DNA of 38,185 nt from Chitinophagaceae bacterium (GCA_025351145.1 JANXWM010000329.1:1-38185); one strand, 5' to 3'; positions 1 through 9,018 are shown, numbered from the stretch's first letter. Made by a program: numbers and translations. Notes: a model not told the origin generated them from the letters alone.

Positions 1-117
1 AATACCAATGCCAATGCGGAATCATTTAATTCAAAAATCAAGCTGTTTAGGGCCAACCAAAGAGGAGTAGTTGATACTAAGTTCTTTTTGTTCAGGCTGT
101 ACAAGCTTTTCGCATAA
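1..117 (+). CDS. ISL3-family transposase, C-terminal fragment (runs off window start)
   Basis: Frame 1 translates NTNANAESFNSKIKLFRANQRGVVDTKFFLFRLYKLFA*, matching the C-terminal motif (TNA.AESFN.KIK.FR...RG) of Bacteroidota ISL3-type transposases. Confidence 0.85.
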   Translation, partial: NTNANAESFNSKIKLFRANQRGVVDTKFFLFRLYKLFA

Positions 118-141
118 GTCCCCACTAAATCAATGTGAGCC
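1..141 (+). mobile_element. Right end of an ISL3-type IS; terminal inverted repeat ~118-141
   Basis: Ends ...AATCAATGTGAGCC (revcomp GGCTCAC..., typical ISL3 terminus) 24 bp after the transposase stop; followed by AT-rich TTATAATT (possible 8-bp target duplication, other side not visible). Confidence 0.7.
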
Positions 142-168
142 TTATAATTGAGCTTTACCGAAACGAAG
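142..168 (-). repeat. Remnant (AAAGC box only) of the GTACAAGAGTGCGACGCAA element, cut by the IS
   Basis: ATTGAGCTTTACCGAAACGAA resembles ATTGAGCTTTTACCAAAGCGAA (18680-18701) and the revcomp of TTCGCTTCGGTAAAAGCT (4061-4078). Confidence 0.6.
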
Positions 169-189
169 ATTGAAGATGACAAAGCCTCA

Positions 190-902
190 TCATGAGGAAG
201 CTGAATTTAACTCAACTAATTTTGCCCAATTTATGGCTCCGTTGTTGTCACAAAAATCATTCGTAAATTCTTTGATGAATTTATTAATCATTTGAGAATA
301 AGACTTTATAAAATCATCATTTCTTTCTTTGGCTTTGTGTCCAAGGGGTTCGATAAGTTCTGTATAGAGGTTGTTGTCACCCGATATAAATTCCCAAAAT
401 CTTTGGCCACAATATTTGAAATAATTACCTTTATCGGGTTGATTGTCTCTACCGTAACAACAACCGTTTACAGCAATTATATTGAGTTGAGAATTACTTG
501 TTCTCAATGTCTTTTTTGCAGTCTTAAAGTCAGCAACCATTTTTGAAATTTGAGAACTGTTACCCCAGTTTGGACCTGATTTTATAGTTACAATATTCCG
601 AACTCCGTTATCGTCAAACTCAAGGTCAATGTTTGTAATGCCAGATTTACGACCGTCATAAACTTTCCCGCTGATAAAGATTGCAAGGCCTTCAAGCCAA
701 TCGCCAAAAATTGTTTCTTCATTAGATGAAATATGGGCGTCAACAATGCCACGGATTATTTCATCTGCAGTTAACACATACTTTGCTTTAAACAAATATG
801 GATTTTTACGTTTAAGAACTTTCATAAGTTTTAAACCCTATAGACTTTGAATACGCTTCTCATGAAACGTTCCTATATTTTTTTTCAACGTACTGCGTAA
901 CG
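190..902 (-). pseudogene. Type II restriction endonuclease, EcoO109I/PmeII-like, 5'-disrupted
   Basis: ORF 190-825 has LKRKNPYLFKAK, IDLEF, IKSGPNWGNSSQ, GCCYG and KYCGQRFW. Upstream sequence reads VTQYVEK/NIGTFHEKRIQSL*GLKL, with an in-frame TAG at 838-840 and a +1 frameshift in the T8 run at 878-885; no start found. Confidence 0.75.
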
Positions 903-913
903 TATTTTGCCGT

Positions 914-1111
914 TTAGTAATGGGAAGCCGTAATTAAATCAATTTCTTCATTTATCGAATCTGCAATTGCATCGTACCAATTTATTTTTTTTGCAATCGT
1001 TTCTTTTATCTTATCAATTTCATTTGCAGATAGATATCTATCTATCTCTTGATTAGCTACAGTTTGAATATCTTCTATAGTCAAGGAATATATGATTTTC
1101 TTATTTTTCAT
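914..1111 (-). CDS. Small hypothetical protein (65 aa)
   Basis: ATG-started ORF co-oriented between the HNH gene and the REase; no recognisable motif. Confidence 0.6.
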   Translation of the reverse strand: MKNKKIIYSLTIEDIQTVANQEIDRYLSANEIDKIKETIAKKINWYDAIADSINEEIDLITASHY

Positions 1112-1129
1112 TTCTGCAACCTCATTTTA

Positions 1130-2059
1130 TTAATGATAAAATTTATTTTCACGATGCCATCAAATTGAATTTTGATGAGGATAAATTTCTTTTCTTTTTG
1201 GTAAAAGAATTTTAGAACTTTTACTTGACATGATTCTAATAAAATCGTATTCTCCCATTCTGCCAAAATCAGATGGTAAAGAATTCACACGTGGCGAAAG
1301 TGCAATCTTAAAATCATCTTGCAAAGAGAACCATCCCACATCAAAAGCCCAATGATGTAAATGGCATAAGGCTAAACCATTCAAAACATCATCCTTTCCC
1401 ATTGAACTATGCGGTACTATATGTGCTGCTTCAACTTCCCATAATAAAGAATCAGGTGAATTAATTTTCATCCCACAAAAAGCACACTTGAATTCGTATG
1501 CTTCAATAACAGCTTGGCGAAAGCCTCTTGTTCTTAATGCAGATTCTCTCGTTACTTTAACAATCTTCTTTTCTTTATCAAATGGGTTATAATTTTCAGG
1601 TCTAGGGGTTTCAATAAGTTTTTTTACAATTTTTTGGACTTCATAAGATTTTACAGTTAGAATTTCTTTTTGAGTTATTGGAATGCCTAATATTTTTAAA
1701 GCTTTATCATACCCTTCTTCTGTAAGCATCCATTCTCTTTTGTTAGTAAGTTGTATTGTTTTGGTTGGACGAGAAACCAACTCTTCTTTTGCTAAAGTAT
1801 CAGCAGCACGAAAGAGTAAACGATGCCAAAGAGAAGATTTTTTTAAACGATTCTCTTTTCTGTAAATTGTTTCTAAGAAAGCATTTCGTTGCTTTTCATT
1901 TAAGTTGAAATCAGCTGCAATTTCTTCAACAATTTCTTCCCCTGCACCGAATTCTTTTATTACACCATTATGCTTAAATAACGATTTTAATAATGCATCT
2001 TCAACTTCTTTTCGAGTTGGCATTTTCAAGTCTTCAAGCATTTTTCCCTCGTAACTCAT
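1130..2059 (-). CDS. HNH endonuclease with N-terminal Mrr-like winged-helix region; premature TGA at 1160-1162
   Basis: FRQAVIEAYEFKCAFCG...EAAHIVP...NGLALCHLHHWAFDVG is a zinc-binding HNH signature; N-terminal MPT...W.LTEEG is Mrr_N-like; the frame continues WHRENKFYH* after the TGA to TAA at 1130-1132. Confidence 0.85.
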
Positions 2060-2066
2060 CGTGATA

Positions 2067-2918
2067 TTATGCGGCTGTTTGTATTGCGTTAGGGATAGTA
2101 GCGGAAAGCCCGGAGCGCAGCGAGGACTTGTAGCGTATAGCCCGACCCTTTAGGATAACGCCCAAATTAAAGTCATATCGCTTCATTCTATTGGCAACAA
2201 ATAAAGTTGTTCCCGAACCCATAAAAGGATCAAGTACTATATTTTCTTCTTTTGTAAAAAGTTTAATAAACCATTCAGGTAATTCTTCCGGAAACGCAGC
2301 GCTATGATTTTTGTTATTACATTCTGTTGCTAAATGCAACACGTTTGTGGGATAGGCTTTATCTCTGTCTATCCAATTGGAAATATTTTTTCCAAATCCA
2401 CTTCCAACTTTTGAGTTGTCCCTAATTTTATCAGTGTCACTTAATTTTTTTAGTCTTGCTTTAGCCCAATCACCCATAGGAACCATAACTTCTTCCTGAT
2501 ACATGTGGAATTTTTTGTCTTTGTTGAATTGCAAAAGCCTTTCCCATGAATCCCGAAATCGGTTTGGCCATTTTCCAGGATAAGAATTTTTTTTGTGCCA
2601 AATGAATTCTTCAGTCCAAAGCCATCCCTGTTTACGCATTGCCAAAATAAGTTCCATTACGTAAGTGCTCCGTTCACCGTCAACTACTTTTTCTTTAATG
2701 TTTAAAATAAAAGTCCCCGTCGGTTTAAGTACACGCAAAAGTTGCTCTGAAATTGATAGGAACCATTCAACATATTTGTCTTGATGAATACCACCATAAG
2801 TCCCTTTGCGTTGGTCTGCATAGGGAGGAGAGGTTACTATTAAATCAACTGAATTGTCTGCAAGGTTTTTAAGTTCTTTTTTGCTGTCCCCAAGATATAG
2901 ATCAGATCGTATTTCCAT
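2067..2918 (-). CDS. N4-cytosine/N6-adenine DNA methyltransferase (beta class), C-terminus replaced by repeat sequence
   Basis: DLIVTSPPY (motif IV) precedes VLDPFMGSGTT (motif I); after ...ANRMKR the expected IGIE strand is absent and the tail is translated repeat DNA. Confidence 0.85.
   Translation of the reverse strand: MEIRSDLYLGDSKKELKNLADNSVDLIVTSPPYADQRKGTYGGIHQDKYVEWFLSISEQLLRVLKPTGTFILNIKEKVVDGERSTYVMELILAMRKQGWLWTEEFIWHKKNSYPGKWPNRFRDSWERLLQFNKDKKFHMYQEEVMVPMGDWAKARLKKLSDTDKIRDNSKVGSGFGKNISNWIDRDKAYPTNVLHLATECNNKNHSAAFPEELPEWFIKLFTKEENIVLDPFMGSGTTLFVANRMKRYDFNLGVILKGRAIRYKSSLRSGLSATIPNAIQTAA
2085..2163 (-). repeat. GC-rich structured Bacteroidota repeat, possibly the Flavo-1 RNA motif
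   Basis: Minus strand GGGCGTTATCCTAAAGGGTCGGGCTATACGCTACAAGTCCTCGCTGCGCTCCGGGCTTTCCGCTACTATCCCTAACGCA; internal repeat CGGGCTwTmCGCTAC x2; GC island in AT-rich DNA. The Flavo-1 assignment is from memory and unverified. Confidence 0.55.
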
Positions 2919-2942
2919 AATAGTTGTCCATTGCTACTGCTA

Positions 2943-2950
2943 CAAACTTA
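2943..2950 (-). promoter_or_regulatory. Bacteroidota sigma-A -7 element for the MTase
   Basis: TAAGTTTG on the minus strand (TAnnTTTG), 24 bp upstream of the ATG. Confidence 0.6.
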
Positions 2951-3104
2951 AGAAATATTCTTTCGGGTTTGGTGTTTGTTAATAAGTCAATTTTCACATT
3001 ATAAACAATCTCAAAATGGTTGTTGACCCATATATAATTCTATACTTAAATTTAGAAGCATCCATAACTATTTCATTCTACATTCAAGCTGCAACAGTTA
3101 CCAA

Positions 3105-3160
3105 CAGCACATGTGCGACGCAAGTAAAGCTTTTTAACAATCAAAAGTTGGTTACACATA
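3105..3160 (+). repeat. Dispersed element copy 1 (degenerate 5' part)
   Basis: TGTGCGACGCAAGTAAAGCTT, 23-nt spacer, GTTGGTTACACATA tail. Confidence 0.75.
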
Positions 3161-3292
3161 TGTATAACTTAAAAAGCAATAGCATAAACTTTTTTGCAAC
3201 CCGTAAGGTTTTTATCTGTACTAAGCCCTTTTAATTTGTAAAATACTTTCTACCAATTGCTGTCGTTATTAAAGGCATATATAATTCTGCAA

Positions 3293-4051
3293 ATGATGCC
3301 CCTAAAAAAATTTCTGCTGATTATCTTTCCTGCAATTATTTTTTCCGGAGCTGCGGCACAGGAAGTTGTTTGGGAAAACCCAAAACTCAACACTGCAAAA
3401 AACGCAGTTTACATGAAGCAGGACGAAAAAGATATGATCTATGAAATTAACCGGCTGCGATCTGACCCACCGCGATATGCAAAACTTTTTGTGGCCATTC
3501 AATTAAAAAATGCATTGCAGGTTTTTAAAGAAGAAGGTAAAGGGGACAGCAGTTATTCTATTACCACTACTTACAGGGACAGCAGCATTACCCATATTGA
3601 TACCAACTGGCATTTTGTATTTGAAGAAGAACTGCATGCCCTGCAAACATTGTACGATACACTGATGCATTTAAAACCGCTTTCTATTTTATTGCCCGAT
3701 GAAGGCATTTATAATGCCTGTATAAAACATGCAAAAAACCGTGCTGCTGCCGGCAGTTTCGACCACATGGATACAGATGGTACATGGCCCTGGGACAGGA
3801 TATTAAAATATTCGCCCATGATGGAAGATGGCAATGAAAACCTTGCTTATAACGGAGAAGCCCCGGTGCGCATGATTGTGATGCAGTTGCTCAATGATGC
3901 CGGCATTGGTGGCTACGGCCACCGCTATAACATACTGGAGGCAAAGTGGACACATGTGGCCTGCTATGCTACAAGAAAACCACTGATGGATTCAAAATGG
4001 TGGATACAGGATTTTGGAAAAATAAGACCAAAACAAGCTAAAAAACAATAG
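3293..4051 (+). CDS. Secreted CAP/SCP-domain protein
   Basis: Signal peptide MMPLKKFLLIIF...AAAQ; EINRLR, FDH, ENLAY, GYGHRYNIL motifs; start moved from 3257 to ATG 3293. Confidence 0.85.
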   Translation: MMPLKKFLLIIFPAIIFSGAAAQEVVWENPKLNTAKNAVYMKQDEKDMIYEINRLRSDPPRYAKLFVAIQLKNALQVFKEEGKGDSSYSITTTYRDSSITHIDTNWHFVFEEELHALQTLYDTLMHLKPLSILLPDEGIYNACIKHAKNRAAAGSFDHMDTDGTWPWDRILKYSPMMEDGNENLAYNGEAPVRMIVMQLLNDAGIGGYGHRYNILEAKWTHVACYATRKPLMDSKWWIQDFGKIRPKQAKKQ

Positions 4052-4093
4052 GCTCAAAACTTCGCTTCGGTAAAAGCTGCATTACTTCAATCA

Positions 4094-4149
4094 GTACAAG
4101 AGTGCGACGCAACGGATGCTCAATTGGAATACATGGGCTGGGTACATAA
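4094..4149 (+). repeat. Dispersed element copy 2
   Basis: Exact core at 4094-4112, 24-nt spacer, GCTGGGTACATAA tail; upstream CGCTTCGGTAAAAGCT box. Confidence 0.9.
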
Positions 4150-4180
4150 TGATTAGTTTACGGCTTAACCTTTTGCTTGC

Positions 4181-4188
4181 TACATTTG
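4181..4188 (+). promoter_or_regulatory. -7 promoter element for ubiX
   Basis: TACATTTG, 22 bp upstream of the ATG. Confidence 0.6.
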
Positions 4189-4210
4189 TTTACATATAAA
4201 TATTTATACA

Positions 4211-4780
4211 ATGACAAATAAAATTGCAGTCGCAATAACCGGGGCAAGCGGTTCCATTTATGCAAAACTGCTGATTGAGAAATTGCTTACGCTGAAGGAT
4301 CAATGGGAGGAGCTGAGTTTGGTAATGAGCAATAACGCAAAGGAAGTTTGGCATACCGAACTGGGAAATGAAGATTACAAAAATTATCCTGTAAGATATT
4401 TTGACAAGCATGATTTTTCTGCTCCTTTTGCATCAGGTTCTGCAAAATATAATATAATGATCGTAGCTCCCTGCAGCATGGGCACACTGGGCAGGATTGC
4501 CGGTGGTATAAGCGACGACCTTGTAACACGTGCTGCCGATGTAATACTGAAAGAAAGAAGAAAACTGATACTGATGGTGAGGGATACGCCTTACAACCTT
4601 ATTCATATAAGAAACATGGAAACTGTAACGCTTGCCGGCGGTATTATTTGCCCTGCTACCCCATCTTTCTATAATAAACCACAAACAATTGAAGCGGTTG
4701 CCATTACGGTTATAGACCGGGTACTGGATATTGCGGGTTTTCAACTGGATACTTTTCGCTGGGGTACTGACTGCAAATAA
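4211..4780 (+). CDS. ubiX: Flavin prenyltransferase UbiX
   Basis: AITGASGSIY, APFASGS, APCSMGTL, RAADVILKERRKL, PATPSFY. Confidence 0.95.
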   Translation: MTNKIAVAITGASGSIYAKLLIEKLLTLKDQWEELSLVMSNNAKEVWHTELGNEDYKNYPVRYFDKHDFSAPFASGSAKYNIMIVAPCSMGTLGRIAGGISDDLVTRAADVILKERRKLILMVRDTPYNLIHIRNMETVTLAGGIICPATPSFYNKPQTIEAVAITVIDRVLDIAGFQLDTFRWGTDCK

Positions 4781-4809
4781 AAAGGCCCCGTCTTTAGACG
4801 GAGCCTTTT
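4779..4809. terminator. Bidirectional intrinsic terminator between ubiX and rpsA
   Basis: AAAAAGGCCCCGTCT-TT-AGACGGAGCCTTTT hairpin between convergent stops. Confidence 0.8.
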
Positions 4810-4827
4810 ATGGAGTATTTGCAAGAA

Positions 4828-6879
4828 CTATTTTTTATCATCTTCCTGCTGTTGTAGTTTTTCTTTAATTTCTGCAAGTGCGCCTAAATCTCCAAGTGTG
4901 GCTTTTTCAACTTTGCTTTGAACAGCTTTCACTGCTTTCTGCGTTTTGGCAGCTTCAACATTGGCTTCTTTGCGTAAAGCTTCTTTCTCTTCTACTTTAG
5001 CCTGCTCCCAAATTTTACTGTGACTTAAAACAATACGCTTTTCGTTGCGGTCGAATTCTATTACAACGAATTGAGCAGTTTCATCAGCAGTGATGAGTTT
5101 GCCATCTTCTTTTGTAAGGTGACGTGCGGGTGCAAAACCTTCAAGCCCATAAGGCAACTGAACTACAGCGCCTTTATCATCTTTACGGGTAACTGTGCCT
5201 TCGTGTACTGAACCGATAGCAAATGTTTCCTGTAAAGAATTCCATGGATCTTCTTCCAGTTGTTTGTGGCCGAGCTGCAGTTTCCTGTTCTCTTTGTCAA
5301 CACCAAGAATAATGATGTCGATTTTCTCACCAACTTTAGTGTATTCTGAAGGATGGTTGAAACGCTTTAACCAGCTCAGGTCGCTGATATGTATCATACC
5401 GCCGATGCCTGGTTCAAGCTCTACAAACACCCCGTAGTTGGTAATGTTTTTAACCAATCCTGCATGCTTGCTTCCTTCAGGATATTTATTTTCGATAGTG
5501 CTCCATGGATCTTCAGTAAGCTGTTTAATAGAAAGGCTCATTTTGCGTGAGTCTTTATCTAGTGTAACCACCTTAGCTTCATGCTCATCATTTAGTTTAA
5601 AGTATTCTTTCGCGTTGATTGGCGTATTAGCCCATGTAATTTCGCTTACATGTACAAGGCCTTCAACACCTGGCTGAATTTCGAGGAATGCACCATAATC
5701 TTCAATGTTTACTACGCGGCCTTTAACGGTTGCACCTTCTGTAATCCACTCTGGCAATACATCCCATGGATGTGGTGTTAATTGTTTTAAACCAAGACTG
5801 ATGCGTTTTTTATCGTCGTCAAAATCCAACACAACCACCTGTAATTTCTGATCCATCTTAAGCACTTCGCCCGGATGTGAAATACGTCCCCATGAAATAT
5901 CGGTGATGTACAGCAAGCCATCCAAACCTCCAAGGTCCATAAAGGCACCAAAGTCGGTGATGTTTTTTACAGTACCTTCCAATACCTGCCCTTTCTCCAG
6001 CTTGCTCATAATCTCAGCACGCTGAGCTTCGATATCGCTTTCGATAAGGGCTTTATGAGATACAACGGCATTCTTAATGGTCTCGTTGATCTTAACCACT
6101 TTAAATTCCATTGTTTTACCTACGAACTGATCGTAATCTGTAACAGGTTTAACATCGATCTGAGAACCTGGCAAGAATGTTTCCATACCAAATACATCAA
6201 CGATAAGGCCACCTTTGGTTTTGCTTGTAACAACACCAGTAACCACTTCGCCGGTTTTGTGTACTTCCATAATCCTCTGCCATGCGCGGAAAATACGTGC
6301 TGACTTACGGCTGAGGTGCAGGTGACCCTGACGGTCTTCTTTCTCAACAACCATTACCTCAACAGGATCGCCAATTTTTAAATTGGTAAGATCGCGAAAC
6401 TCGTTTAATGAAATAAGGCCATCGCTTTTAAAACCAATGTTGATTACAACATCTGTTTTGGTAAGCGCAACAACCAAACCATTTACAATTTCATTGTCTT
6501 CGATCTGTACAAAAGTGTCATCATACACTTTATCATACTTAGCTTTTTCTTCCGGGGAATAATGAGAAACATTGCGTTTGTCAATAGACCAGTCAAAATC
6601 ATCATGCGCTGCAATTGTTTCTGCAACGGGCTGCTGTGCAATAACAGGCACAGCTTCAGGTTCAATTGCGGCAGCAGTTTCTTCAACTACAGCAGGTGTT
6701 TCAACTTCAACCAATGGTGCAGTTACGGCAACTGCAGGTGCTTCCGCCACTACCAATGGAGCGGCTTCTGCAACAGGTTCGTTTGTTATCGCTGCAGGTA
6801 CTTCTGTAACCGGAGTTTCGGCTACGGGAGCACTCTCCTGTGCATCAGCGTTTGGATTAACAATATTGTTTTCTGACAT
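4828..6879 (-). CDS. rpsA: 30S ribosomal protein S1 with Ala/Pro/Glu/Val-rich N-terminal extension
   Basis: Six S1 repeats (FLPGSQID, TDFGAFMDLGGLDGLLYITDISW, YGAFLEI..GVEGLVHVSE); Bacteroidota-type DFDW and TLGDL motifs. Confidence 0.97.
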   Translation of the reverse strand: MSENNIVNPNADAQESAPVAETPVTEVPAAITNEPVAEAAPLVVAEAPAVAVTAPLVEVETPAVVEETAAAIEPEAVPVIAQQPVAETIAAHDDFDWSIDKRNVSHYSPEEKAKYDKVYDDTFVQIEDNEIVNGLVVALTKTDVVINIGFKSDGLISLNEFRDLTNLKIGDPVEVMVVEKEDRQGHLHLSRKSARIFRAWQRIMEVHKTGEVVTGVVTSKTKGGLIVDVFGMETFLPGSQIDVKPVTDYDQFVGKTMEFKVVKINETIKNAVVSHKALIESDIEAQRAEIMSKLEKGQVLEGTVKNITDFGAFMDLGGLDGLLYITDISWGRISHPGEVLKMDQKLQVVVLDFDDDKKRISLGLKQLTPHPWDVLPEWITEGATVKGRVVNIEDYGAFLEIQPGVEGLVHVSEITWANTPINAKEYFKLNDEHEAKVVTLDKDSRKMSLSIKQLTEDPWSTIENKYPEGSKHAGLVKNITNYGVFVELEPGIGGMIHISDLSWLKRFNHPSEYTKVGEKIDIIILGVDKENRKLQLGHKQLEEDPWNSLQETFAIGSVHEGTVTRKDDKGAVVQLPYGLEGFAPARHLTKEDGKLITADETAQFVVIEFDRNEKRIVLSHSKIWEQAKVEEKEALRKEANVEAAKTQKAVKAVQSKVEKATLGDLGALAEIKEKLQQQEDDKK

Positions 6880-6911
6880 AAATAAATCCCGATGGTTTTA
6901 TTTCGGGGTTG

Positions 6912-6919
6912 CAAAAGTA
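6912..6919 (-). promoter_or_regulatory. -7 promoter element for rpsA
   Basis: TACTTTTG followed by CA on the minus strand, 32 bp upstream of the ATG. Confidence 0.7.
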
Positions 6920-6956
6920 GTGATATATACTGAAAATGCGAAGTTTAAGAAAGGGA

Positions 6957-7016
6957 TTTTCAGGAGCCGGGCAGATGAAACCCTGATTGGGCTTTACTTG
7001 CGTCGCACTCTGGTAC
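6957..7016 (-). repeat. Dispersed element copy 3
   Basis: TTGCGTCGCACTCTGGTAC at 6998-7016, 25-nt spacer, tail GCCCGGCTCCTGAAAA. Confidence 0.9.
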
Positions 7017-7089
7017 TGCGGGATTATGAATCGGCATACCCCGATTGTAAGTTTTGCCGGGTTTTGAAATGTTCAATATTGTTCCGAAC

Positions 7090-7145
7090 GTACAAGAGTG
7101 CGACGCAAGGAACGATCAATAAAGATTAAATGCCGGGTACAAAAA
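7090..7145 (+). repeat. Dispersed element copy 4
   Basis: Exact core at 7090-7108, 23-nt spacer, GCCGGGTACAAAAA. Confidence 0.95.
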
Positions 7146-7164
7146 TTATTATAAAAAACTGGTT

Positions 7165-7593
7165 TTATGAATGAATATAAGAATGCAGGTGCGAAATCGT
7201 TTCCTGCTGGGTTAAGATGGTTTCTGTAACCACATCGTTGATAGAAATTATTCCATTAAGTTTATCGCCGTTCATTACCGGAATATAACGCAGGTTCTTT
7301 GATGACATAAGTTCCATGCAATGTTCAATGGTATCTCTTTCTGTAACTGAAGGAAAGTCGGCTGACATGATTTCGCCTACAGTGGTATCTGTAGACGACC
7401 TGCCTTTTAAAATTACTTTGCGGGAATAATCACGCTCTGTCATTATACCAAGGAATTTTTCGTTTTCGGCCACTACTACAGAACCTATGTTTTGATTTTC
7501 CATTATATGCAATGCATCAATAACTGAAGTGGAAGGCAGAACAGTGGTTACTTTGTTTCCTTTGCGACGCAATACATCAGACACTTTTCTCAT
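7165..7593 (-). CDS. CBS-domain pair protein
   Basis: GIMTERDYSRKV, VGEIMS, GIISINDV; probable start MRKVSD at 7593 rather than 7665. Confidence 0.9.
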   Translation of the reverse strand: MRKVSDVLRRKGNKVTTVLPSTSVIDALHIMENQNIGSVVVAENEKFLGIMTERDYSRKVILKGRSSTDTTVGEIMSADFPSVTERDTIEHCMELMSSKNLRYIPVMNGDKLNGIISINDVVTETILTQQETISHLHSYIHS

Positions 7594-7774
7594 GGTAATA
7601 ATAATTTTTTGGGATGAGAAGTTACGACAATTTATTACACTGACAATACCCTGAAAAAAAAACATGAAAAAGATATTAACTTATTATTATGAGTCGCGCC
7701 TACATGACGGCTTAAACAAAGCTTTTATCCGATAGTCAGAATGATCCTGTAATTAATCTTAAAAAAAAACATTT

Positions 7775-8110
7775 ATGAAAAAGTTATTTTCAATGTTTGC
7801 TGCACTGATTATATTATCAACTGCTGCATTCGCTCAAACTGCAACGCCTCAAACAAAAGCTAAACCCGCTGCAACTACACAGAAGACTCCTGTAGTTAAG
7901 AAAGATGGTACGCCTGACAAACGTTACAAAGAAAACAAGGTGCAACCTGCTGTGAAAACAAAAAAAGATGGTACGCCTGACAAACGCTACAAAGAAAATA
8001 AACCACCGGCAAGTGCTACCAAACCTTCAGCAGGAACACCTGCCAAAGATGCAAAGCAACCGGTTAAAACAAAAAAAACAGAGCCAGCTAAAAAGCCAAA
8101 TGGCAAATAG
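7775..8110 (+). CDS. Small secreted basic Lys/Pro/Thr-rich protein with two KKDGTPDKRYKENK repeats
   Basis: Signal peptide ending AFA-Q; 42-bp repeats at 7898-7939 and 7961-8002. Confidence 0.85.
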   Translation: MKKLFSMFAALIILSTAAFAQTATPQTKAKPAATTQKTPVVKKDGTPDKRYKENKVQPAVKTKKDGTPDKRYKENKPPASATKPSAGTPAKDAKQPVKTKKTEPAKKPNGK

Positions 8111-8122
8111 AAAGAACAACAT

Positions 8123-8149
8123 AAAAAAGGGGCTGATTGCCCCTTTTTT
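8123..8149. terminator. Bidirectional intrinsic terminator
   Basis: AAAAAAGGGGC-TGATT-GCCCCTTTTTT between convergent genes. Confidence 0.85.
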
Positions 8150-8171
8150 ATGTTGCTTAATTTTGTTACAG

Positions 8172-8891
8172 CTATATTTTTTCTATACCACCGCTTCCTG
8201 AAACTTTTGTATCGATCTGTGTTGCATTACCTGTGTATAAAATTCGGCCGCTGCCACTGATATGTGCAGAAATAGCTTTGGTCGCATTTACTTTAATATT
8301 ACCGCTGCCGCTTACTTTAGCAGTCACATTTTCGCAGGGTGCTTTTATACAGTTAATGCGGCCGCTGCCGCTTTGAGAAACGGTAAGGTTTTGTACAATA
8401 TTACCTTCCAGTTCTATTGCGCCGCTGCCGCTCATTCTTATATCTGTTTCGTGAAATTTTGCAAAAGACAAATTAATATTACCTGAGCCAGAAACGTTAA
8501 AATTTGTTTGACCATCGTTTGTAAAACCACCCCGGCCTGTAATAGAACCGCTGCCACTTTGGGCAATACTGTTAATGGTTTTCATACTCACATGTACCTT
8601 CACCGGTACCTCGGGTTTAATGGTTATCATATCCCGTACTTTAATAATCAGCTTTCCGTCTTTTACTTTTGTTTCAATATATGGCAGTATATTATCATCC
8701 GCTTCCACATCTATGCTGTTGCTTTCGCCATAAGAGATATCAACTGAAATGGGTCCTCCGGAAGATATTCCTGTATAACCCGAAGCATCTCTTTGTTCTG
8801 TTTTTGCAGCACCACTGCCTTTAACTACTTTCCATACATCAAAACTTTGCAGGCTGCCGAATAAGCACGCAAACAGTAATAATTTTTTCAT
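8172..8891 (-). CDS. Head GIN domain (DUF2807-like) secreted protein
   Basis: VKGSG...EADDNILPYI.T.V.DGKL and repeated SGSG.I beta-solenoid turns. Confidence 0.9.
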   Translation of the reverse strand: MKKLLLFACLFGSLQSFDVWKVVKGSGAAKTEQRDASGYTGISSGGPISVDISYGESNSIDVEADDNILPYIETKVKDGKLIIKVRDMITIKPEVPVKVHVSMKTINSIAQSGSGSITGRGGFTNDGQTNFNVSGSGNINLSFAKFHETDIRMSGSGAIELEGNIVQNLTVSQSGSGRINCIKAPCENVTAKVSGSGNIKVNATKAISAHISGSGRILYTGNATQIDTKVSGSGGIEKI

Positions 8892-8957
8892 CGTTTGTGT
8901 TTTTGATTTTGATTGGTGAAACGATGCCGGAGAGTGAATGTTACAGTAAGAAAAGAA

Positions 8958-9018
8958 TTTTTTTATGGGCCAGGCAGATGAATTTCATGGCATCGCCTGT
9001 TGCGTCGCACTCTTGTAC
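8958..9018 (-). repeat. Dispersed element copy 5
   Basis: Exact core at 9000-9018, 24-nt spacer, tail GCCTGGCCCATAAAA. Confidence 0.95.

Noticed and set aside
3016-3234. 72-aa ORF and similar ORFs (15447-15695, 21922-22230, 23078-23308, 25864-26049, 33433-33690, 37535-37759)
   Set aside because: They run through repeat copies (xATQ, CDA, VASH/VASQ peptides) or overlap real genes
6572-7129. 185-aa Ala/Thr/Ser-rich plus-strand ORF
   Set aside because: Antisense shadow of the low-complexity rpsA N-terminus extending into repeats
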